From NCBI GenBank assembly GCA_963709295.1, contig CAVPVW010000003.1, positions 403,283 to 467,282 on the forward strand: 64,000 bases of DNA, read 5' to 3'. The notes beneath the pieces were generated by a model. It did no database searches. It saw only the letters and a program-made list of their open reading frames with translations, and was not told the origin of the DNA. Origin of the DNA: an uncultured Chloroflexia bacterium (GTDB lineage Bacteria; Chloroflexota; Anaerolineae; Anaerolineales; Villigracilaceae). A program made the translations under genes and the position numbers. Shown here piece after piece: positions 46,976 through 55,885 of the stretch; position 1 is the stretch's first letter, and the number at the start of each line of letters is the position of its first letter.

Positions 46976-47584
46976 TCAATCGGTCTCTTTCCAATGTTTC
47001 CCCAGCGCCTTACTGCTTTCTGCATGATCGGAGATGATGATCAATGCCGTAGTGACATTCCCTCCAGAACTTCTCCAACTATGCTTTAACTGTGCAGCAA
47101 ATAACAAGCTGTCTCCCGATTCCAAGATATAGTTTTGTTTTTCGACACGATATTCCAGCTTGCCCCGCAAACAAAACACAAACTCGTGCCCGGTGTGAGA
47201 CATCGGAACCAGTCCGCTGCTGGCGCCATTCTCCAGGTTCACCAGGAAGGGCGATACCTTTCCAACAAACTGCTCCCCGCCCAATCCTTCCATGTTGCCG
47301 CGATTAAACGCAATGTGAGTTCGTTCATTCGACTTGAGAAAAACCACTTCCTGCTTCTCAAGCTGATGACTGAAAAACTCCGTGATTGGCACACCCAATG
47401 CATCCGACAACTTATACAACGTGCTCACTGAAGGAGATGTCTTTCCGCGCTCGATCATGCTGAGCGCATTCGCGGATAATCCGCTCTTGACGGCCAACCC
47501 GCGCATGGAGATATTTTGTTCTTCGCGCAGCTGCTTCAGCCGCTGGCCAACATCCACCGACAAAGCTTCTTTTTCGTAGACCAT
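46976..47584 (-). CDS. XRE-family HTH transcriptional regulator with C-terminal cupin domain
   Basis: N-terminal HTH_3 (LKQLREEQNISMRGLAVKSGLSANALSMIERGKTSPSVSTL). C-terminal cupin beta-barrel (GHEFVFCLRGKLEY...GDSLLF). GGGAGG RBS. Confidence 0.65.
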   Translation of the reverse strand: MVYEKEALSVDVGQRLKQLREEQNISMRGLAVKSGLSANALSMIERGKTSPSVSTLYKLSDALGVPITEFFSHQLEKQEVVFLKSNERTHIAFNRGNMEGLGGEQFVGKVSPFLVNLENGASSGLVPMSHTGHEFVFCLRGKLEYRVEKQNYILESGDSLLFAAQLKHSWRSSGGNVTTALIIISDHAESSKALGKHWKETD

Positions 47585-47640
47585 GGTACCTCCCGGTATT
47601 CGTAATTAGTCAAATAATATCCCAATTGTACTACAAGTTT

Positions 47641-47666
47641 ATGTGACGAAATACTACTTTTCACAT
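47641..47666. promoter_or_regulatory. Candidate operator: inverted repeat ATGTGA-N14-TCACAT, plus repeated TTTCACA motifs in the divergent promoter region
   Basis: Inverted repeat at 47641-47646 / 47661-47666. TTTCACA at 47659 and 47683. Lies between the divergently transcribed XRE-cupin and ArsR-family genes. Confidence 0.35.
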
Positions 47667-47749
47667 GACACTTTGCACTACATTTCACAATACCCCAAGG
47701 GATATTATTGCTTTGTATATTCGTTTATTCGTATATAGGCCAAGACAAA

Positions 47750-48085
47750 ATGATTACACCTACTCTCGCTCAAGAAGTCTCCCGTTTGGAAGCAGATCTT
47801 TGCTTTGCACTATCGGACCCTACCCGGATTCTGATTCTCTATGCTTTGGATGAAAGGCCTCAAAACGTAAACGAGATCACTGCGGCACTCGCCATTTCAC
47901 AGCCCACCACCTCCAGGCATTTAAAAATCCTGCGCGATAGAGGTCTCGTTACAACGAACAGATTGGGTACGACCATCACCTACCATCTGGTCGACCGTCG
48001 CCTGATCCAGGCATTGGACCTGCTCCGAAGCGTTTTAAGGGACAGTCTTGTTCGCCGCGCCAGCCTGGTTGAAGAACTCGAATAA
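47750..48085 (+). CDS. ArsR/SmtB-family metalloregulator-type HTH repressor
   Basis: LSDPTRILILYALDERPQNVNEITAALAISQPTTSRHLKILRDRGLV is the canonical ArsR winged-helix signature. The start at 47750 was chosen over the upstream AT-rich extension. Confidence 0.65.
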   Translation: MITPTLAQEVSRLEADLCFALSDPTRILILYALDERPQNVNEITAALAISQPTTSRHLKILRDRGLVTTNRLGTTITYHLVDRRLIQALDLLRSVLRDSLVRRASLVEELE

Positions 48086-48114
48086 CCCCACCCTCCCCAC
48101 TTGGAGAAGCGACA

Positions 48115-49554
48115 ATGAAGAATAATAGACCCTATTGGATACTGGGAGCCATCGCCATCTTTATCATCATCATCCTCCCGGTGTTTTATTTCTTGCCCAA
48201 GGACGCACAAGCCAAAGATGACCCCTGGGCACATATGCCTGTCAAGGCTGTGCATGTCGATCACAAGGACATCGTCCAGGGACCATTCGAAACCTCGCAA
48301 GAAGTCACTTTGCGCTGCCTGGAGTGCCACCCGGAAGCCGCAGAACAGGTCATGGCAACCTCGCACTGGACCTGGGAAAGTGAACCCTTCGACGTACCCT
48401 GGCGCGATGAACCCGTCACGATTGGCAAGATCAACCAACTTAACAACTTTTGCATCAGCGCACAAGGTAACCAAAAGAAATGCATGTCCTGCCATATCGG
48501 AGTTGGCTGGCAGGAAGGCGAGCAGCCTTTCGATTTCACAAAAACCGAAAACATTGACTGCCTGGCCTGTCATGCAGACAAGTCAACTTACGCAAAAGGC
48601 GAATATGGCAATCCGGCCGAGGGCATCGACCTCCTGGCTGCTGCACAAAGCGTGAAGGCACCCGACCGGACCAACTGCGGCTCCTGCCACTTCAACGGCG
48701 GCGGCGGCAACAACGTCAAGCACGGAGACCTTGATGAAAGTCTTTACAACCCGACCGAGACCACCGACGTTCATATGGGCCGCTATGATTTTCTATGCAC
48801 TGATTGCCACCAGACCAACGATCATGCCGTCAAAGGAAAACTCGTAGCGGACAATTACGAAGTGGATCCTTCCGAACAGGTCGCTTGCACAGATTGCCAC
48901 AACCAGGAACCACACGGCGATGAGCGCTTGAATGGACATACTGCGTCCGTGGCATGCCAAACCTGTCACATTCCATCGATGGCAGTAAAGAATCCAACAA
49001 AACTGAACTGGGACTGGTCCACTTCCGGGCAGGACAAGCCGGAGGATCATTATACTTATCTCAAGATCAAAGGCGATTTTGTATACGACGAAGATGTCCC
49101 GCCGGTTTACAGGTGGTCAAACGGAAACCTCACCTATAGATACCTTTTGGGCGACAAGATCGATCCTTCAGTGCCTACGGTCATCGACCAACCTGCAGGT
49201 GACATAGACGACTCCCAGGCGAAGATCATGCCCTTCAAACTTCACGTCGCCAGTCAACCGTATGACACGGGGTTCAACTATTTACTCGCGCCTATCACTG
49301 CCGGTCCGGATGGTTATTGGACTAACTTTGATTGGGATAATGCCTTTGAGCTGGCAGAACCCATAACCGGCCTCGAGTATAGTGGAGACTTCAGTTTCGC
49401 CGAGACCTGGATGTACTGGCCGACCACTCACATGGTCCAGCCGAAGGAAAACGCCCTGCAGTGCGACGAATGCCACAGCGAAAGCGGCCGTCTCGACTGG
49501 GAAAGCCTGGGATACCCCGGCGACCCGATCGAATGGGGCGGGCGCTCAGAGTAG
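48115..49554 (+). CDS. Octaheme c-type cytochrome, Otr (octaheme tetrathionate reductase) family-like, N-terminally membrane-anchored
   Basis: N-terminal TM/signal anchor. Eight CxxCH motifs (CLECH, CMSCH, CLACH, CGSCH, CTDCH, CTDCH, CQTCH, CDECH). SHWTW after heme 1, as recalled for the Otr family. GGAGA RBS. Confidence 0.65.
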   Translation: MKNNRPYWILGAIAIFIIIILPVFYFLPKDAQAKDDPWAHMPVKAVHVDHKDIVQGPFETSQEVTLRCLECHPEAAEQVMATSHWTWESEPFDVPWRDEPVTIGKINQLNNFCISAQGNQKKCMSCHIGVGWQEGEQPFDFTKTENIDCLACHADKSTYAKGEYGNPAEGIDLLAAAQSVKAPDRTNCGSCHFNGGGGNNVKHGDLDESLYNPTETTDVHMGRYDFLCTDCHQTNDHAVKGKLVADNYEVDPSEQVACTDCHNQEPHGDERLNGHTASVACQTCHIPSMAVKNPTKLNWDWSTSGQDKPEDHYTYLKIKGDFVYDEDVPPVYRWSNGNLTYRYLLGDKIDPSVPTVIDQPAGDIDDSQAKIMPFKLHVASQPYDTGFNYLLAPITAGPDGYWTNFDWDNAFELAEPITGLEYSGDFSFAETWMYWPTTHMVQPKENALQCDECHSESGRLDWESLGYPGDPIEWGGRSE

Positions 49555-49611
49555 CAATAGTATTTCATCATGAGAATTCCAGCATCACTTTCACACCAGG
49601 TGGATATCACC

Positions 49612-52418
49612 ATGACCCATTGGAAAAAAATATCAACTGCGAGAAGGTTAGTTATTACAGGGGTTGCAATTCTGGCAGCGGCCAGCTTGGCGCTATTTGT
49701 CCAGAATGTTTTCGCACAAGTTGGCGCAACCAAGGACGAACAACCCTCCCCTCTCCATCCCACATTTGCGATGCTGGATGAAAACGGGGTCAGTGTCATC
49801 GAGAGCGGCGAGGCTGTATCCACCTTGAAGACCTGCGGACAATGCCATGACACAGAATTCATCACAAGTCACAGCTACCATTCAGATGCAGGGCTTGGAA
49901 GCATGGGAATGCCCGGGCAGGAAACAGACGGAATGCCTTGGGACTCAAGCGATGGGCTGTTTGGGAAGTGGGATCCATTGCTCTATCGTTACCTGACTGT
50001 CACAGGGTGACCAGAACCTTGACCTGAGTACAGCCGAATGGATAAAAACCTACGGCTTGCGGCACGCGGGCAGCGGTCCCGCGGAAATGAGCAGGGATGG
50101 TCAACCACTCGAATCACTTGATCCTTCCATTCAGGACCCCGAAGCGAGTATCTTGAATGAAAACTCCGGGAAAGCGCAACGCTGGAACTGGGACGAATCC
50201 GGTACCATCGAGATGAATTGTTTCCTCTGCCATTTCACATCGCCGAATAACGATGCGCGTATCGCGGCGATTTCGGATGGAGAGTTTGCCTGGGCCAACA
50301 CCGCCACGCTGATCGGAACCGGCCTGGTTGAAAAGGTCGCTGGCGGATACGAATGGAATATCGGGGCATTTGAGCAGGATGGCAAGCTCAAGACAAGACT
50401 TTGTACTGGTGCAGGACCCAAAAAACGAGAATTGTGCCCAGTGCCACGGATTGGTCCAAGCCGACCCTGCCACACCAGTGGTACTTTCCGGCTGTGAACT
50501 CGAATACCCCGAATCGGCCACAACCGGGCAGATCATCTCTTCGCAGCAAATATCTGAATCGGGCATGAATATTCAGGACAAAGCCAGCCTGACCCGCTCC
50601 TGGGATATTCACGCTGAACGAGCTTTATCCTGCACGGATTGCCACTACTCAATTAACAACCCCGTTTATGCCTTGCCGGATGAACAAGCGCCGGAACATC
50701 TCCTCTTCGATCCCAGAACACTGGATCTCGGTGCTTACTTAAAACAGCCCGATCATAATTTTGCCCGAGGGCAAAGTGATTCGAACGAAATCAGCGCTGC
50801 ACCCGAAATGCGCCGGTGCGATTCCTGCCACGATTCACAATCAAGTCACGAAGACTGGCTTCCTTACGTCCAGCGGCATATGGAAACCGTTGCCTGCGAA
50901 ACCTGTCACATCCCCGAAATGTATGCGCCCGCCATCCAAAGCTACGATTGGACGGTCATTCATCAGGATGGCACACCGGTCGCTACCTGCCGAGGTGTTG
51001 AAGGCGACACGGGGACCATCAACGACCTCGTGACGGGATATCAACCGGTCATTCTTCAGCGCACAGAAGCTGACGGCGGTAAATTTCTCGCTCCGTACAA
51101 CCTGATCACCTCCTTCTTCTGGGTTTATACGGATGACAACGGAAACGAACGCCCCGTCCGTTCGTTCGACCTCGAAGAAGCCTACCTGGAGGATGGCAAC
51201 TATTCACAAGGCGTTATCGCTGCATTCGACGCTAACGGAAACCAGCAACTCGAGAAGTCAGAATTGCTGATCGACAACGATGTAAAGCAATCTTTGATTG
51301 CATCCAAGCTTTTGGAACAGGGCATCCACGAGCCCCGCATCCAGGGATATGTTCAAGCTTATGGGGCAAGCCACGGCGTCACATCGAGTGAGTACGCTAT
51401 CAATGATTGCGCTGTCTGCCATAACCGGGACTCTCGGATAGCGTCGTCCATTTTACTTGCGGACCATACGCCGGGTAATGAAATTCCATCGCTCGAATCG
51501 GACAATGCAGTTACCGCCAGCGGAGAAATCGCCCTCAACGAGAACGGCTCTGTCAGCTTCACCCCTCAGCCGGAGAATGAGCAGGTTTACATTCTTGGTT
51601 ACAGCTATGTCTACTGGGTGGATGCATTTGGAGCCATCATGTTCGTGGGTGTGCTGCTGGCCATCCTGGCACACGCGACAATACGCATTATTTCTAACCT
51701 TCGTCACAAGCCTGCCAAAACCGATGTTCACAAAGTCTACATGTACGACTCTTATGAACGGTTATGGCACTGGTTGCAGACCGCCGCCATCGTCATTCTC
51801 CTGTTCACCGGCCTGGTCATCCATCGTCCGGACCTGTTTGGAGCCTTCTCATTCCGAAATATGGTGTATGTCCATAATATCATCTGGATGCTGCTAGCGA
51901 TTAACGCAGCTTTATCGCTCTTTTACCACCTCGCCAGTGGAAGAATCAAGCAATTTATCCCGCGGCCGTATGGATTTTTTGATGAGGCGATTATCCAGGC
52001 GAAATATTACATCAAGGGAATTTTTAAACACGAGTCTCACCCGTTTGAGAAGAACCCTGATAAGAAAATGAACCCGCTTCAGCAGGTTACTTACTTCGGG
52101 ATCCTTAATATCCTGCTGCCTCTGCAAGGATTGACCGGGATTGCCATGTGGGGCCTGCAGAGATGGCCGGATATTTCAACTGCGCTTGGCGGGTTGGTCT
52201 GGCTTGCTCCCTTCCACACCCTCATCGCCTGGACGTTTGCCACCTTTATCCTGGGGCATGTGTATCTCACGACCACCGGCTCAAAACCTCTTGACGGGAT
52301 CAAGGGGATGGTGACGGGCTGGGAGGACGTTGAGGTTCATCACGAACAACCCAACCCTGAGGATGTATCTCAGGATCAAACAACCAATAACGATCAAGCT
52401 CCCACTAAGGAGGATTAA
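49612..52418 (+). CDS. CbcL-like fusion: periplasmic heptaheme c-type cytochrome domain + C-terminal diheme cytochrome b (HydC/FdnI-type) membrane domain; two apparent 1-nt frameshifts (~49995 and ~50390)
   Basis: Signal peptide. Seven CxxCH motifs spread over three frames (CGQCH; CFLCH; CAQCH, CTDCH, CDSCH, CETCH, CAVCH). C-terminal 4-TM cytochrome b domain with conserved His (WHWLQTAAIVILLFTGLVIH, HNIIWML, FHTLIAWTFATFILGHVYL). The reading sense is continuous across the frame switches. Confidence 0.6.
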
Positions 52419-52421
52419 TCC

Positions 52422-52995
52422 ATGACTACTGCAGATATGCCTGCGCAAAAACCTTCAAAATTCAAACAATTTCTGTTTGGTCGCCCGGTAAAGCCCTACG
52501 TACACCCCTACCTGGGCGGCACACTCCTGGGAATTGTGTTATTCCTGGCGTTTTTCCTAACCGGCAACGGCCTCGGCGCATCCGGTGGCATGAACAGGAT
52601 CGTAGTCTTCTTTGAAGATCTCATCGCTCCTGCTCACATCGACCAGGTAGCTTACTTGCTCAAGATGGCGGGCGGGGTCGAAGAATCCGCTGGACGATTG
52701 GATCATTCCTGTTGTCATTGGCGCCCTGCTTGGGGGCTTTGTGTCCGGGTGGTTTAACGGACGCTTAAAAGTGGAAACCAATAAGGGTCCGCAAATCACA
52801 GTAAAAACCCGCTGGATGATGGCTTTCATCGGCGGGACGATCATGGGGTATGGCGCCCGATTCGCTCGCGGCTGCACATCCGGACAGGCACTCTCAGGAG
52901 GCGCCACGCTTGCCGCCGGGTCATGGGTATTGATGTTCTGCATTTTCGGCAGTGGGTATGCACTCGCATATTTTGTGCGCAGGCTTTGGTTGTAA
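52422..52995 (+). CDS. YeeE/YedE-family sulfur-compound transporter, first half-unit (TsuA-like); apparent 1-nt frameshift at ~52685
   Basis: AAGGAGG RBS. N-terminal TM pair in frame 0. Continues in frame +1 as LDDWIIPVVIGALLGGFVSGW...FARGCTSGQALSGG (the conserved GCTSG Cys motif of the family). Confidence 0.55.
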
Positions 52996-53007
52996 AAGGA
53001 GGATGAG

Positions 53008-54249
53008 ATGAATTTTCCCCTTGCAGCTTTTACTAATGTGTCCGCTCTCAACCCCTGGACCTATTTGGTCTTTGGATTGATCGGCTTTGGGTTTGGGTTC
53101 GTACTCGAAATTTCCGGATTTGGTAATTCAAAGAAACTTGCCGCCCAGTTTTATTTTACAGAGATGACGGTTCTCAAGGTCATGTTCACGGCAATTGTCG
53201 TCGCGATGGTATTGCTTGCCATCGCCACAGGCTTGGGAATTCTGGACATCAACCAGGTATGGATTAATCCAACTTACCTTTGGCCTGGAATAGTCGGTGG
53301 ACTCATCATGGGAGTTGGGTTCATTATCGGCGGCTTCTGCCCCGGGACGTCCCTGGTTTCCATGGCGACATTCAGGGTGGATGGTCTTTTCTTTGTTCTC
53401 GGGAGTCTTTTTGGGATCTTCCTTTTCGGAGAGACCGTCCAGTATTTTGAGGGGTTCTGGGAAAGCAGTAATTACGGCCGATTGACGCTTATGGATTGGC
53501 TGGGATTAACCACCGGACAGGTGGTGCTCATCATCGTTCTGATGGCATTGTTGATGTTTGCATTTGCCGAACTGATGGAATCGTTTATTGGAAAAAGGGA
53601 CTTAAAAGCAGAGCCTAAGCTTCGAATAGCCGGCGCAGCACTGTTGATAGCGGGAGCTGTGGCAGTATTGATCATCGGCCAGCCCACTCTTTCAGAGAAA
53701 TGGGCAAAGATATCATCCGTAAAAGAAGCCTCGTTGGCAGCCAGGGAAGTTCAAATTTCACCCGCTGAATTGTTGTCCACGAAGGCGAATGACGGATTGC
53801 GATTGGTAATGCTCGATATTCGACCCGAATCCGAGTACAACCTCTTCCACATCGATGGAGCAGCAAATGTACAGCCGGAGGCACTTGAAAAGGTCGCCGC
53901 AGACATCATTTCCCAGTCTGCGCCGAACCTGGTCGTGGCGGTTATGAGCAACGACGAGGATGCTGCGACTGAAGCCTGGAAAGTTCTAACCGCGGCAAGT
54001 GTCGCGAATGTTTACATCCTCGAGGGTGGAATCAATAACTGGATATCCGCCTTTGGCAAGGAGGAATCGGAGATTACACCGATTGCCTCCGACCAAGTCG
54101 AAAATGACTCTCTGCGCTATCTTTTTGATTCGGCACTGGGCAACCGTTACGAATGTTCAGATCCCAATCCGCACGAATACGATCTCGAATTCGAACCAAA
54201 GATCAAGCTCGAGCTCAAACGCGATAAAAGTGGTGGTGGCTGCGGCTAA
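53008..54249 (+). CDS. YeeE/YedE-family transporter, second half-unit, fused to a C-terminal rhodanese domain
   Basis: GGFCPGTSLV Cys motif in the TM domain. C-terminal LRLVMLDIRPESEYNLFHIDGAANV rhodanese fold. AAAGGAGG RBS. Confidence 0.6.
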   Translation: MNFPLAAFTNVSALNPWTYLVFGLIGFGFGFVLEISGFGNSKKLAAQFYFTEMTVLKVMFTAIVVAMVLLAIATGLGILDINQVWINPTYLWPGIVGGLIMGVGFIIGGFCPGTSLVSMATFRVDGLFFVLGSLFGIFLFGETVQYFEGFWESSNYGRLTLMDWLGLTTGQVVLIIVLMALLMFAFAELMESFIGKRDLKAEPKLRIAGAALLIAGAVAVLIIGQPTLSEKWAKISSVKEASLAAREVQISPAELLSTKANDGLRLVMLDIRPESEYNLFHIDGAANVQPEALEKVAADIISQSAPNLVVAVMSNDEDAATEAWKVLTAASVANVYILEGGINNWISAFGKEESEITPIASDQVENDSLRYLFDSALGNRYECSDPNPHEYDLEFEPKIKLELKRDKSGGGCG

Positions 54250-54283
54250 CATCCATGCGCGCGGTCTGATATTCATTCGGGCT

Positions 54284-54327
54284 AAATCAACTGTCCCTGC
54301 GACACCATTCGCAGGGACAGTTGATTT
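54284..54327 (+). terminator. Terminator-like element: 18-bp perfect inverted repeat with 8-nt loop, weak T-tract
   Basis: AAATCAACTGTCCCTGCG ACACCATT CGCAGGGACAGTTGATTT then ATAATTTG. Unusually long stem. Confidence 0.5.
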
Positions 54328-54403
54328 ATAATTTGATAGTGAAAACTCGCCAGCTCCAAGTAAGCAGTCTGTCACATTGTTTTTTTGTCACCCGGAGGTA
54401 AAC

Positions 54404-54664
54404 ATGGATGAATTGAAATGGGAGCTTCTGACAGAATCCTCAGGTCGTTTTGAGGCTGACCTATTAAAGTCATACCTCGAAGCGGAGGGGATTGAGGTGC
54501 AGCTTTTCCAGGAAGGAGCCGGGCAGGACATCTACCCGCTGACTTTTGGCCCCTTGGCAATGGTGCAGGTCTTTGTCCCAAACGATAAGATCAATGACGC
54601 TCGATCCATTTTGGAAAACTTTAATTCGCAAGGAGATGATTCTTCTGCCGAAGAAGAGAATTGA
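54404..54664 (+). CDS. DUF2007-like small protein (putative signal-transducing/PII-like fold)
   Basis: GGAGGT RBS. ~86 aa, acidic C-terminus. Upstream of and overlapping the acyl-CoA dehydrogenase ORF. Confidence 0.4.
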   Translation: MDELKWELLTESSGRFEADLLKSYLEAEGIEVQLFQEGAGQDIYPLTFGPLAMVQVFVPNDKINDARSILENFNSQGDDSSAEEEN

Positions 54665-54705
54665 CAATTATTATTCCTTGTTTCGATCAAAGAGGAGGCG
54701 GACAG

Positions 54706-55848
54706 ATGGACTTTGAATTGAATTCAGAACAAAAGATGTGGCAGCACACGGTCCATGAGTTCGTAGCCAAGGAGGTCCAGCCCAAGGCTCACGAAGTGGA
54801 CGAAACTGCGGAATTCAACTGGAATGCATTTCGAAAAATGGGGGTGATCGGGTTGCTCGCGCTGAACCTGCCTGAGGAGGCAGGCGGGCCGGGAGTTGAC
54901 GCGATTAGCGCTGCGATTGGGATTGAAGAACTCGGCTGGGGATGCGGGTCCACGGCTCTTGCCATAGCCGCCCACAACGGGCTTGGCCTGACGCCATTAA
55001 TTGTCTATGGTTCAGAAGAGTTAAGGCAGACCTGGCTTCCGAAAGTGATCAGCGGGCAGGGTAGGTTGGCCTCACTCGCACTCACTGAACCAGGAGCTGG
55101 TTCGGACCTTCACGGGATAATAACCAGGGCGGAAAAAAGCGGTAACGACTGGATCATCAACGGCGCAAAAGCCTGGACAACCAATGCCTCGATTGCTGAA
55201 TATATCATTACCTTTGCCAGAACGAGCAAGGATGAAGACAAGCATTCCTTCAGCATGATTTTGGTCCCCACCAATACGCCTGGCTTGAGAATCGGTCCTC
55301 CTGAAAAGAAAATGGGACTCCGTGGATCCCCAACAAATGGTGTCACTTACGAAGACGTTCGAGTCCCACTGGGCAACCTGGTCGGCGAGGAAGGACTCGG
55401 AATGTCGCAGACACTGAGAACCCTGGATGGAGGCCGTATCAGCATCGGAGCTCTATCGGTTGGTCTGGCCCAAGCTGCCTTTGAAGTCGCTATAGAATAT
55501 GCCAAGAATCGAAAGACATTTGGAATCCCTATCGCTCAGCATCAGGCTATTCAGTGGATGGTCGCCGATGCCGCAACCGAGATCTCAGCGGCTAGACATC
55601 TCATTTACCGGGCAGCTTGGCTAAAACAACAGGGACGATCCTACACGTTGGAAGCATCACAAGGGAAACTCTACGCCACTGAAATGGCCGAGCGTGTCTG
55701 CCGAAATGCGATTCAGATTCTGGGCGGATATGGGTACAGCCGGGAATACTCCGTCGAGAGGATGTACAGGGATGCGAGGCTTATGACAATTGGAGAGGGA
55801 ACCAGCGAGGTCCAAAGGATGGTGATCGCGCGCCATGTCCTCCAATAA
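54706..55848 (+). CDS. Acyl-CoA dehydrogenase
   Basis: All three ACAD domains. Catalytic C-terminal region (ILGGYGYSREYSVERMYRDARLMTIGEGTSEVQR). AGAGGAGG RBS. Confidence 0.75.
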   Translation: MDFELNSEQKMWQHTVHEFVAKEVQPKAHEVDETAEFNWNAFRKMGVIGLLALNLPEEAGGPGVDAISAAIGIEELGWGCGSTALAIAAHNGLGLTPLIVYGSEELRQTWLPKVISGQGRLASLALTEPGAGSDLHGIITRAEKSGNDWIINGAKAWTTNASIAEYIITFARTSKDEDKHSFSMILVPTNTPGLRIGPPEKKMGLRGSPTNGVTYEDVRVPLGNLVGEEGLGMSQTLRTLDGGRISIGALSVGLAQAAFEVAIEYAKNRKTFGIPIAQHQAIQWMVADAATEISAARHLIYRAAWLKQQGRSYTLEASQGKLYATEMAERVCRNAIQILGGYGYSREYSVERMYRDARLMTIGEGTSEVQRMVIARHVLQ

Positions 55849-55885
55849 TTTACACTGACCCGCAAGCGAATCGGATCAAAACTGG

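Noticed and set aside
53999-54331. 110-aa plus-strand ORF spanning the end of the rhodanese gene and the long palindrome
   Set aside because: Out-of-frame overlap with a well-supported gene. It runs through a terminator-like hairpin.
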